DNA of 32,000 bases from Alkalilimnicola ehrlichii MLHE-1 (GTDB taxonomy: Bacteria; Pseudomonadota; Gammaproteobacteria; Nitrococcales; Halorhodospiraceae). The position numbers were made by a program, and so were the translations under genes. Shown here piece after piece: positions 19,875 through 28,466 of the stretch (the stretch's first letter is position 1; every line of letters starts with the position of its first letter). The DNA is taken from the NCBI RefSeq assembly GCF_000014785.1, contig NC_008340.1, positions 930,001 through 962,000 of the forward strand. The letters are read 5' to 3'. Below the pieces are notes generated by a model that searched no databases, was not told where the DNA came from, and saw only the letters and a program-made list of their open reading frames with translations.

Positions 19875-20084
19875 ACGCCGCCTGCCTCACCCGCGGAAAT
19901 CGGTAAGGAATCCAGTTTGCAGTGGTGCCAGGGAGACTGTAAAGCGCCGTGCGCCGGCGTGCAGCGATCCGGGCAACGCAATCAGGATGCGGATCTGCTG
20001 CCGGTGACGGAGGCGGTTGTGTCGACAGCTCAACGCTCATCCCAATGCGTCAGCAGGAAGGGGAGATGCCGGGCGGTCGATGCC

Positions 20085-20114
20085 TTGACAAGCCAAAAGG
20101 CACCCCCCTAGGCT
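20085..20114 (+). promoter_or_regulatory. Candidate sigma70-like promoter upstream of vgrG
   Basis: TTGACA followed after about 17-18 bp by a weak -10 (TAGGCT). Confidence 0.4.
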
Positions 20115-20149
20115 AATCGACTACGGATTCCCATGCCAACGGACTGGCC

Positions 20150-22243
20150 ATGCCTACGGACAACGGACTGTACCTCGCCCTCTCGCGCCCCGGCGTGGCG
20201 GAGGCCGACCTGCCCCGGGTCACCGGGTTCACCCTGGATGAGCACCTCTCCCGGCCCTTCACCCTGACCCTGGACCTGGTCCACCCCTCACCCGATCTCG
20301 CCCCCGACGACTGGCTTGAGCAGGGCCTGGCCCTGGTGATCCATCAGGCCGGCCGCGTCACCCGCCGGGTCCACGGCGTGGTCACCGAGTTCCAGCGCGG
20401 CCGCACCGGCGCCCGGCGCACCGCCTACCAGCTGGTCGTCCGCCCCGCCCTCTGGCGGCTCTCCCTGCGCCGAAACTGCCGCATCTTCCAGCACGCCTGC
20501 CTGCTGGATGTCCTCCACACCCTGCTTTCGGAACATGGCATCACCGACGCCGCCTTCGCCGTCCGCCACCGCCCCGAGACCCGCGAGTACCTGGTGCAGT
20601 ACCGGGAGAGCGACCTGGCCTTTGTCCAGCGGCTTGCCGCCGAGTTGGGCATCGTCTACTTCCACGAGTTCGACGACACCCCCGAGGGCGGCCACCGCCC
20701 GGTGTTCACCGATACCCATCGGGGGTTGGGGCATGCGGGCGAATGGGTCTACCGCCCCCGCGCCGGCGGCGTAGCCGAGGCCCGCCATGTGCACACCCTG
20801 CGCGAGGCCCACCGGGTGCGCGCGCAGCGCGCCACCCTGGAGGATCGCCATTTCCGCACCCCCCGGCGGCGGCTGATCCACGCCCATGAGGCGGAGGGGG
20901 CCGAGTCGGGCGCCACCCCCTACGAGCACTACGACCACCCCGGCCGGTTTAAGAGCGAGGCCAGCGGCCGGGCCTTCACCCGGGTCCGGCTCGGCCAGTT
21001 GCGTGCCGACGCCCACACCGCCGAGGCCGAGAGCGATATCGCCGAGCTGCGCCCCGGCGTGCGCTTCACCCTGGATGGCCACGACGCCGGCGAACGGCGC
21101 CGGGACTGGCAGGTGGTCGGCGCCCGCCACACCGCCCGCCAGCCCGCCGCGCTGGAAGAGGACGCGATCCTGCTGGCCGCCGAGGGGCAGGGCGAGAACG
21201 AGGCAGGCGTGGCCCGGCTGAACAACCGGCTCACCCTCGTGCCCGCCGACACCGACTGGCGCCCGCCCCACGACCCGGACGCCGGCCCGCGCATGGAGGG
21301 CCCGCAGATCGCCCGGGTGGTGGGCCCCGAGGGGGAGGCGATCCACTGCGATGAGCACGGCCGGGTCAAGGTCCGTTTCCCCTGGGACCGCTACGCCGCC
21401 GATGACGAGCACGCCAGCGCCTGGCTGCGCGTCGCCCAGCCCTGGGCCGGGCCCGGCTACGGCGGGCTGTTCCTGCCCCGGGTGGGCCATGCGGTGATCG
21501 TCGACTTCATGGCCGGCGATCCGGATCAGCCGGTGATCACCGGCCGGGTCTACGATGGCCACAACACCCCGCCCTATCCGCTGCCCGAGCACAAGACCCG
21601 CAGCGTGCTGCGCAGCCGCAGCCAGGACGGTGAGGGCTACAACGAACTGCACTTCGAGGATGCCCGCGAGGCCGAGCGCATCCACCTGCACGCCCAGCGC
21701 GATCTCGACCTGCACACCCGCAACGACCGCTCCGAGACCATCGGCCGGCACAGCCACCTGGGCGTCCACGGCGACCGGCTCGCGGAGATCCACGGCGACG
21801 AGCACCTCACCGTGCAGGGCGAGCGGCGCGAGCGCACCGGTGGGGATCAGCATCTCAGCGTGGAGGGCACCCTGCATCTCAAAGCCGGTGAGGCCTGGCT
21901 AAGCGAATGCGGCCGGGAACTGCACGTCAAGTCGGGGCACAAGGCGGTCATCGACGCCGGCGCCGAGATCACCCTCCAGGCGGGCGGCAGTTTCATCAAG
22001 GTCGATCCCTCGGGCATCACCCTCAGCGGCCCCGGCATCCGCATGAACTCCGGTGGTCGCCCGGGCTCGGGATCGGGCCAACGCACGGCAACGCCCCTGT
22101 TGCCCGGGCGGGTCATGGCGGCGGAGGCCGATGGCTCCGCTAAGCCGGGACCTTCGGCGGTGCTCAAGCAGAGGTTCCTCCTGCACCAGGCCGCCCAGTC
22201 CGGGGCGGGCCTGTGCGAGGTATGTAGCGGCAAGGGAGAATAG
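20150..22243 (+). CDS. vgrG: Type VI secretion tip protein VgrG (TssI)
   Basis: 697 aa; gp27-like N-terminus (FTLDEHLSRPFTLTLDLVHPSPDLAPDDWLEQGLALVI...RRVHGVVTEFQRG), gp5 OB region (DEHGRVKVRFPWDRYAADDEHASAWLRVAQPWAGPGYGGLFLPRVGHAVIVDFMAGDPDQPVITGRVYDGHNTPPYPLP) and repetitive C-terminal spike. Confidence 0.95.
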   Translation: MPTDNGLYLALSRPGVAEADLPRVTGFTLDEHLSRPFTLTLDLVHPSPDLAPDDWLEQGLALVIHQAGRVTRRVHGVVTEFQRGRTGARRTAYQLVVRPALWRLSLRRNCRIFQHACLLDVLHTLLSEHGITDAAFAVRHRPETREYLVQYRESDLAFVQRLAAELGIVYFHEFDDTPEGGHRPVFTDTHRGLGHAGEWVYRPRAGGVAEARHVHTLREAHRVRAQRATLEDRHFRTPRRRLIHAHEAEGAESGATPYEHYDHPGRFKSEASGRAFTRVRLGQLRADAHTAEAESDIAELRPGVRFTLDGHDAGERRRDWQVVGARHTARQPAALEEDAILLAAEGQGENEAGVARLNNRLTLVPADTDWRPPHDPDAGPRMEGPQIARVVGPEGEAIHCDEHGRVKVRFPWDRYAADDEHASAWLRVAQPWAGPGYGGLFLPRVGHAVIVDFMAGDPDQPVITGRVYDGHNTPPYPLPEHKTRSVLRSRSQDGEGYNELHFEDAREAERIHLHAQRDLDLHTRNDRSETIGRHSHLGVHGDRLAEIHGDEHLTVQGERRERTGGDQHLSVEGTLHLKAGEAWLSECGRELHVKSGHKAVIDAGAEITLQAGGSFIKVDPSGITLSGPGIRMNSGGRPGSGSGQRTATPLLPGRVMAAEADGSAKPGPSAVLKQRFLLHQAAQSGAGLCEVCSGKGE

Positions 22244-22245
22244 CC

Positions 22246-22767
22246 ATGGATCACGGCGCATGGATGATGATCGATGGGGCGATCAACCCCGGGGCATTGC
22301 CCGCCATCTTCAGAGACGACGCCGGCGGCAGCGGCGCGATGGCCGTCCTGCATGGGACGGACTACGCGGCGATCGCCGACTCTGGGCCTTTGCTCGTGCG
22401 CGCAGGAGCGGGCAGCCACCTGATGGCGCAGTGGCGTGCAAACGAGCTGCCCGCACGCCACGCCTGGGTCTTTCAGAGTGACCGATCGGACGAGGAGGTT
22501 GCGGCCTTCTGGCGGCGTCGGCTGTTTTTCCTGGCGCCGGACGGGCGGCGATTCTGGTTCCGGTTCGCCGATGCCCGGGTCATGAGCAGAGCGCATGGGG
22601 ACAGGGCGCTCCCTGAAGGGTTCTGGCAGGGTCTTTCCGGCGTGCGTTTCCACCCACGACAAGCCGTCTGGTCCCCCGTGGACGAGGCGCGGGAGGGTGC
22701 GGACACCGGTGAATTCGTCATCAGCGAGGGGCAAGCGCAACGTATTGCCGGAGGGGCGGCGTCATGA
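22246..22767 (+). CDS. DUF4123-like VgrG-effector adaptor (Tap/TEC type)
   Basis: 173 aa; lies between vgrG and a VasX-like effector; ...RHAWVFQSDRSDEEVAAFWRRRLFFLAPDGRRFWFRFADARVM resembles the DUF4123 core (L..H.R....V..PDG....FRF.D.R). Confidence 0.72.
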   Translation: MDHGAWMMIDGAINPGALPAIFRDDAGGSGAMAVLHGTDYAAIADSGPLLVRAGAGSHLMAQWRANELPARHAWVFQSDRSDEEVAAFWRRRLFFLAPDGRRFWFRFADARVMSRAHGDRALPEGFWQGLSGVRFHPRQAVWSPVDEAREGADTGEFVISEGQAQRIAGGAAS

Positions 22768-25370
22768 CCATCGCCCAGTGCCCCTTGCTCGCCGCCATCG
22801 TCCCCGTCCGGTACGCCATCGGGGTCAACGGGGTGTCCAGCCCCTTCCTGGAGGACTTCGACCTGCCACCGTTGCAAGGCCGGCCGGTCACCGAGAGCCA
22901 GGGGTCTCCGGACGAGGCGGCTCCGCTGCGTTACGTCGCCCGGCCCCTTCGCAATGGCTGGTGTTACGTCTGGTTAGACAGCCAGCAACGGCTGGTCGAA
23001 TACCGGGTGCGCGGCAGCGCGCTGGAGGAGACCGATCGGGCCGGCGCCCCCATCGGGCCCACCGCCAGGGTCTGCATCTACGTACCGGCGGGCGAGACGG
23101 CCGCCATCGCCTGGTCCCCGGTGCGCTGGAGCGATGAGCAGTTCACCGCCATCGGGCGAGACGACGGCAGGCGCCGGGCCGTGATGCGCGAATTCGTGCC
23201 CGGCCAGGGGCCAGCCAGCAGCGCCGATGCCTGGTCGAACGAGATCCCTGAACTCGGCGAGTTTGACGAAAGGGACTTCCACTGGAGTATCGAGCAGCCC
23301 GCCACCCTGCCCGTATGGGAGGACATCAAGCGTGCGGTGGACGATGCCGAGCAGCACGCCACCGTGCTGGTGGACGACCCCTGGGGGGTGGTCATCGAAC
23401 TGGCCCACCTGGTGCGCCAGGGCCAGGCGCAGCGCGCCGACTGGCTCGCCAACGAAGGCGAGGAACGCATTCTGGCCGAGAACATCCTGGCCCTGGACCG
23501 TCAGGGCGAGGGCTTTCGCGGGCGACTCCCGCGGCTGGCCGACCGCGACCGCCTCGAGCAGGCCATTCACCACCATGGGCGGGAAATTAGGGCCATCGAG
23601 GAGAACCTCGATACCCTGGCCGCCGACTGGGCGCGCTGGATGGGCACCCTCTGGGGGGGCGAAGGCCCCGAGTCCATGGCCTCCGCCCAGAGCCACTTCG
23701 ACCCCTCGCTTGACGAACACCACGAGGCGATGGAAACCCTCTGGAGCGCGGCCCTGGGCGGTGTCACCCAATACGAAACCGGTGCCACCCTGGCCACCAA
23801 CCTGCTGGATCCCGATACCGGCCCCCCGGTCATGCCCGGCGGCCACTCCCTGTGGACGGCACTGTTGGGGCGGTTAGAACCGGTGCAACTGGCCGATGTC
23901 CAGCGCCTGGTCGGGGTCAGCGAGTCCCTGCAGGCCCAGGACTGGGAAACCTGGGCCCACAGCCTCAACCACCTGGCCGGACAGCTGGGCCACGGCCTGG
24001 CCACGGCCCGCGAGGGGCTGTTCCTCGTGCTCGCCACCACCATTGGGCCCATTCTCCGGGAACAGGGCGCCACCTCCGCCCACCGGACCCTGATCGCCGG
24101 CTATCTCGCCGCCGCGCTGGCGCGCAGCCGGCAGCGCCTGAAAGTGGAGTCGGTCGCCGCGCGCGCCCTGTTGGACTGGATGAACGAACCCAGCGCCCGC
24201 GCCGCCGGCGCCCCGTCGCCCCTGTACCAGATGCGCCCCGACCTGCTGCCCGAGCTCGACGCCCGGCAGGTCATCACCATCCGCGTGGTCGCGGAGGGCG
24301 CTTCTTCCGCCGAGGGCAACCCCTTCCTGCAGCGCGCCCTGCAGGAGGCCCCGCTGAAAAGCCTGCTGGTGCTGATGAATGGGTTGGTGGTGGTTCATGC
24401 GGGCAGCCAATTGGCCGCCGGTGATCGTTCCGTACAGACCGCAACAGCGGCGGCTGGGGGCGTATCCGGCACCATCAGCGCCACCGCCGCCACCATTCAG
24501 CACTTCGCGCAGATCCGCTCCGACGACATCCTTGCCCGCCAGGGCCTGTCCGCCGGCTGGCGGGGCGCCTTCGACCGCTACCTCCTCTGGGGTCAGGCCA
24601 CCAACCTGACTCTGTCGATCACTGCGGTCTTCGACGCCGTCTACTTCGGCTACGGCGCCTGGGAGAGCGTCCGCCAGGGGGATCGCCGATCGGGCACCAT
24701 CCAGGCCGGCATGGCCACGGCCGCCGCCGGCCAGACCGCCGCCGGCGCCCACGCCTTCCACACCTACCGCCAGGCCCGGCAAGCCCTGCTCGTGGGCCGG
24801 TCCACCCAGGCCGCGCGCACCGCCGCCCGGGCCCGGATCGCACCGGCCGTGATCCTCGCCCTGACGCTGGTCATCGTCGCCGGCGCGGTCAGCCTGCGCT
24901 TCACCCGCGACAACGAACTGGAACACTGGCTGCGCCGTACCCGCTTCGGCACCCACCCGGCCGACTGGGCCGGCGACCTGGACGAGGAACTCGGCCACCT
25001 CTACCGGCTGCTCTACCAGCCACGCATCCGGCTGGAGGCCCGCCAGGCCCGTAACCCCCGCTCCGGCGATGTCTACCACTACCGTGTCCTGCTGGTCACC
25101 TTCCCCGGCGCCACGCCCTTCCCGGGCATGTTCACCCTGGAGGCCACCGAGCGCTGGCGCACCGGGCTGGTCCGGCATGACGAACGCAGCCGGACCATCA
25201 CCGAAAAGGATCTCGACCTCGACATCGGCGGGGCGGAGGCGCCCGACGGCCCCGTCTACCGACTCATCTACCACAACACCCGGGAAGGCGACCGGCTGAG
25301 CTCCCTTTCCGGCACCCTGTACTATCGCCCGTTCCCCGATCTCACCCTGCCTCCCATCCGGATCAACTAG
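22764..25370 (+). CDS. VasX/BTH_I2691-like T6SS effector, predicted membrane-active
   Basis: 868 aa; N-terminus CPLLAAIVPVRYAIG...LRYVARPLRNGWCYVWLDSQQRLVEYRVRGSALEE matches the VasX-type N-terminal pattern. Hydrophobic stretches near the C-terminus (IAPAVILALTLVIVAGAVSLRF). ATGA overlap with the adaptor gene. Confidence 0.72.
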   Translation: MTIAQCPLLAAIVPVRYAIGVNGVSSPFLEDFDLPPLQGRPVTESQGSPDEAAPLRYVARPLRNGWCYVWLDSQQRLVEYRVRGSALEETDRAGAPIGPTARVCIYVPAGETAAIAWSPVRWSDEQFTAIGRDDGRRRAVMREFVPGQGPASSADAWSNEIPELGEFDERDFHWSIEQPATLPVWEDIKRAVDDAEQHATVLVDDPWGVVIELAHLVRQGQAQRADWLANEGEERILAENILALDRQGEGFRGRLPRLADRDRLEQAIHHHGREIRAIEENLDTLAADWARWMGTLWGGEGPESMASAQSHFDPSLDEHHEAMETLWSAALGGVTQYETGATLATNLLDPDTGPPVMPGGHSLWTALLGRLEPVQLADVQRLVGVSESLQAQDWETWAHSLNHLAGQLGHGLATAREGLFLVLATTIGPILREQGATSAHRTLIAGYLAAALARSRQRLKVESVAARALLDWMNEPSARAAGAPSPLYQMRPDLLPELDARQVITIRVVAEGASSAEGNPFLQRALQEAPLKSLLVLMNGLVVVHAGSQLAAGDRSVQTATAAAGGVSGTISATAATIQHFAQIRSDDILARQGLSAGWRGAFDRYLLWGQATNLTLSITAVFDAVYFGYGAWESVRQGDRRSGTIQAGMATAAAGQTAAGAHAFHTYRQARQALLVGRSTQAARTAARARIAPAVILALTLVIVAGAVSLRFTRDNELEHWLRRTRFGTHPADWAGDLDEELGHLYRLLYQPRIRLEARQARNPRSGDVYHYRVLLVTFPGATPFPGMFTLEATERWRTGLVRHDERSRTITEKDLDLDIGGAEAPDGPVYRLIYHNTREGDRLSSLSGTLYYRPFPDLTLPPIRIN

Positions 25371-25372
25371 CC

Positions 25373-26389
25373 ATGCAGCACCTACGCCGGTTCTTCGCCG
25401 ATCTCTCCCGCAATATCGGGCTGGCCGACGAGGTCATCACCCTGCGCCCCGACCGGCGCGCCGCCGCTCAGCCCATGCAGGCCGGCGATGTCCAGGACCA
25501 GACCGAGCACTACCTCGACCTTTCCACCGGCAGCTCAAGGGGCCTGTGGACCGGCATGTGGGGATTGATCTCGCTTTTGATGTTCTTACTGATGTTACCG
25601 ATTCTCTTTCAGGACTGGGAGGGGGTGGTCTTTGTTTTCAAGTTCATCGGTGCCATGGCCGGCGTCACCCTCTTCTTCTTCCTGCTCGAGGTTTTCTGGC
25701 CCGCGGCCCTGCCCCTGCGCTTCAATCGCCGCACCCGCGAGGTCTACTTCCAGGACGGCAAAAAGCTCTACCACACCCCCTGGGACGAGGCCGTCGCGTG
25801 GCTGCAGGAAACCCGCCAGGTCACCCACCATGCCGGCGTCAACCGGCTCACCCCGCTGCAGATCCTCCTCCAGCGCTTCCAGCAGCCCGACGAGGTCATC
25901 GCCGTCAACCTCAACCTCCCCATGGGCCACACCGCCCAAACCCAGGCCATGCTCTGGGAGTACCTGCGCTGTTACATGGAAAACGGCCCCTGGTTCGACG
26001 AGCAGGGCCGAAACACCCCCGAATCCACCCGCCAGGCGGTGCGCAAGCGCTTCGCCCAGCGCAATCGCACGGGCAAGATCGACATCGAACTCCACCGCGA
26101 GTTCGTCAACATGGGCGTCATGACCCGGGATGAAAAGTGGTTCACCAATGCCTTCCAGGCCGTCATGCTGCCCGCCCTCGTCCTGCGTGACTTTGTCTGG
26201 CAGCTCGCCCAGCGCCGGGCCGCACGCAGCCAGTGGCACCCCCTCGTGCGCGAACGCTGCCGCGCCGACGGCCCCACCTCCCGACTTTACGACATTGAGC
26301 GCGACCAGGGCCTGCACCCCGACGCCTCGCAAACCCTCCATCCCCACACCCAGCGTCGCTCTTCTCCGCACGAACCATCGAAGGCCTGA
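25373..26389 (+). CDS. DUF6708-like membrane protein, candidate immunity protein
   Basis: 338 aa; two TM segments (GLWTGMWGLISLLMFLLMLPILF; VVFVFKFIGAMAGVTLFFFLLEVFW), then PLRFNRRTREVYFQDGKKLYHTPWDEAVAWLQ. Confidence 0.62.
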   Translation: MQHLRRFFADLSRNIGLADEVITLRPDRRAAAQPMQAGDVQDQTEHYLDLSTGSSRGLWTGMWGLISLLMFLLMLPILFQDWEGVVFVFKFIGAMAGVTLFFFLLEVFWPAALPLRFNRRTREVYFQDGKKLYHTPWDEAVAWLQETRQVTHHAGVNRLTPLQILLQRFQQPDEVIAVNLNLPMGHTAQTQAMLWEYLRCYMENGPWFDEQGRNTPESTRQAVRKRFAQRNRTGKIDIELHREFVNMGVMTRDEKWFTNAFQAVMLPALVLRDFVWQLAQRRAARSQWHPLVRERCRADGPTSRLYDIERDQGLHPDASQTLHPHTQRRSSPHEPSKA

Positions 26390-28446
26390 TGTCGTTGAAC
26401 CTGGCGCCTCACATTGCCAATGCAGGCGACGCCCATATGCCTGAGTGGCCGGGCGAAGCCGGTGACGCCGAGCGTAACGACCTGGAGTCGCCCGCCGAGC
26501 TCTATTCGCAGCATCGCGAAGCCATAGAGCAGGTCACTGCCCGTTCAGGCGGCCACACGGGCTTCATTGGCGGGGCGCTGGCGCCCAACGGCATCGTCGA
26601 CGTGATCCGCCGGCAGGCGATGGAAGACTTCCTGGCCTATGCCACCCCGATGCAGGCGCAGTGGCAGAGCGAGTATCACCGTATCGGGGCCGACCTGGCC
26701 GCCATACTGCCCACCTGGCACACCCAGGCCCTGCTGCTCGACCGCGAAGAGGAGCATCACATCCTGCTGACCTGCCTGCTGGAAAAGCAGGCCGTCGAGA
26801 CCCTGCTGGCCTGCGGGCAGGAGGACTTCCTGTCGAGCTACTACGCCGGCGACGACCCGGTACCGGCACACCTGATGCATTACGTCCCCACCGCGTCCTT
26901 CGTGGAGGGATTCCTTTCCCAAAACACTGGCCTCCAGAAAGCGCTCACCCAGGCGTCCGCACTGATGGGCGCCCAGGGCGCACTCAGCCGCTACCAGCAG
27001 TGGCGGGGCGAGGTTGAACATCAGACCGGGCTGCGCTTTCGCAGCGTCGAGGGCCTCTCCGACGAAGCCCGAACCGCCATCGCGGGCGAAGTGCAAATCA
27101 AGGAGAAGCTGCTGGGGCAGGCGGTGCTCGGGACGTTGCTCGATGACGTACAGGATGTCGACCTGGGGCAGCGCATCACTACCCTGGCTTCGCGCTTGCC
27201 CGATGGGCAACGGCTGATGTTCGCGGAACGGCTGGGCCTGCTGGAGCTGGGCTGGGACATTCCCGATCAATCGGTACTGGGCCGCATCCAGCAGGCGCTG
27301 GACGACACCGATACGGCCATGACCCGGCTGACCGCGCTGGAGCGGGAGCTCGAGCAACTCCGGCGGAAACGCCAGCAGGAGATGGCGCGCGCGTCAAGGC
27401 GCGGTACCCGCCAGGCCCACCGCCGGGCGGCCGACCAATTCAACGCGCGCAAGATCCGGGAGGCCCAGGCAGACATCAACCGGCACAAGCGCCTGCTGGG
27501 CGAGGCATTCGACGCCCTGGCCGAGACCCGTGCGGCCGCCGGCAGCCCGGCGCAACTGGAGCGCTGGGCCAGGGTAGCCAATGGGGCGATGGGGGCCGTG
27601 GCCCTATTGGGTGGCCTTTCAGGTGCTCTCGAGGTTTTCAAGCAATCTCGGCGTATCGACCGCGCAGACACCGACGCCGAGCGACTGGCCTCACAGGTTG
27701 CCTTTACGGGCGCGGCCGGAGTCGCCCTGGGTGGCCTATCAATCGGCATCATGAGTATGGTCGGTCGAACCCTGGGCAAGCCGGCCGTCGCCTGGCGACT
27801 GCTGCTGCTCAAATTCGCCGGCCCCGCCGGCTGGGTGGTGGCGGTTGGCACCGCCCTGCTGATCATCGGCGAGGTGCTGGCCAATCGCTTCTCGTTGAGC
27901 CCTGTGCAGCGCTGGTGCCAGCGCAGTCACTGGGGGCGAGAAGATCAGGGCTGGGATCGCGAGGCCCACGAGCGGGAACTGGCCCGACTTGGCGATACCG
28001 ATCTCACGGTGGAACGGCAGGGGCAGGCCGAGCCCCATGGCGGCCCGGGGCCCGGGCCGGCAGGCACCGACCTCGCCATACGCATTGGCTTGCCCGGGCT
28101 TGACGCCCCCAATGCGGAAAACCTCGCGCTGGGCCTCTGGGGCGTCACCCCTCGCCTCAAGGAAATGACCCGAGACTTTCTCGAACATGCCGAGCTCGAA
28201 ACCCGGGGCTCGAGCTATGCCCTGCACTACCATTTCGATCCCGAAACATTGGCCGAATGCCACGAGTTCCGCCTCGTCATCCGCACGAAGGGCCCCGAAG
28301 CATCCACCACCCGGGTCTTCCAGTTGCATCGCCGCGGCACATCGCTCTCCGATGAGTGGAGGGAGATCTCCGCCCTCGGCGATCGTTTCCTCACGCGGTA
28401 CCAAGTGGGCAACTGGCCGGACATGCCCCTGACGCCCTGGCCGTGA
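26389..28446 (+). CDS. Second effector-like protein with hydrophobic hairpins, no VasX-type N-terminal head
   Basis: 685 aa; starts with a 1-nt stop/start overlap (TGATG). Contains coiled coil, GAMGAVALLGGLSGALEVF, VAFTGAAGVALGGLSIGIMSMV and FAGPAGWVVAVGTALLIIGEVLANRFSLSPVQRWCQRSHWG, which resembles C-terminal halves of VasX/BTH_I2691-type effectors. Confidence 0.6.
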   Translation: MSLNLAPHIANAGDAHMPEWPGEAGDAERNDLESPAELYSQHREAIEQVTARSGGHTGFIGGALAPNGIVDVIRRQAMEDFLAYATPMQAQWQSEYHRIGADLAAILPTWHTQALLLDREEEHHILLTCLLEKQAVETLLACGQEDFLSSYYAGDDPVPAHLMHYVPTASFVEGFLSQNTGLQKALTQASALMGAQGALSRYQQWRGEVEHQTGLRFRSVEGLSDEARTAIAGEVQIKEKLLGQAVLGTLLDDVQDVDLGQRITTLASRLPDGQRLMFAERLGLLELGWDIPDQSVLGRIQQALDDTDTAMTRLTALERELEQLRRKRQQEMARASRRGTRQAHRRAADQFNARKIREAQADINRHKRLLGEAFDALAETRAAAGSPAQLERWARVANGAMGAVALLGGLSGALEVFKQSRRIDRADTDAERLASQVAFTGAAGVALGGLSIGIMSMVGRTLGKPAVAWRLLLLKFAGPAGWVVAVGTALLIIGEVLANRFSLSPVQRWCQRSHWGREDQGWDREAHERELARLGDTDLTVERQGQAEPHGGPGPGPAGTDLAIRIGLPGLDAPNAENLALGLWGVTPRLKEMTRDFLEHAELETRGSSYALHYHFDPETLAECHEFRLVIRTKGPEASTTRVFQLHRRGTSLSDEWREISALGDRFLTRYQVGNWPDMPLTPWP

Positions 28447-28466
28447 CAACAAGGGACAGGACCTCC

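Noticed and set aside
20288-21877. 529-aa minus-strand ORF
   Set aside because: Antisense to well-supported vgrG; shadow ORF.
23874-25274. 466-aa minus-strand ORF and several overlapping plus-strand ORFs
   Set aside because: Shadows of the 868-aa effector-like gene, which has the proper N-terminal motif and operonic overlap.
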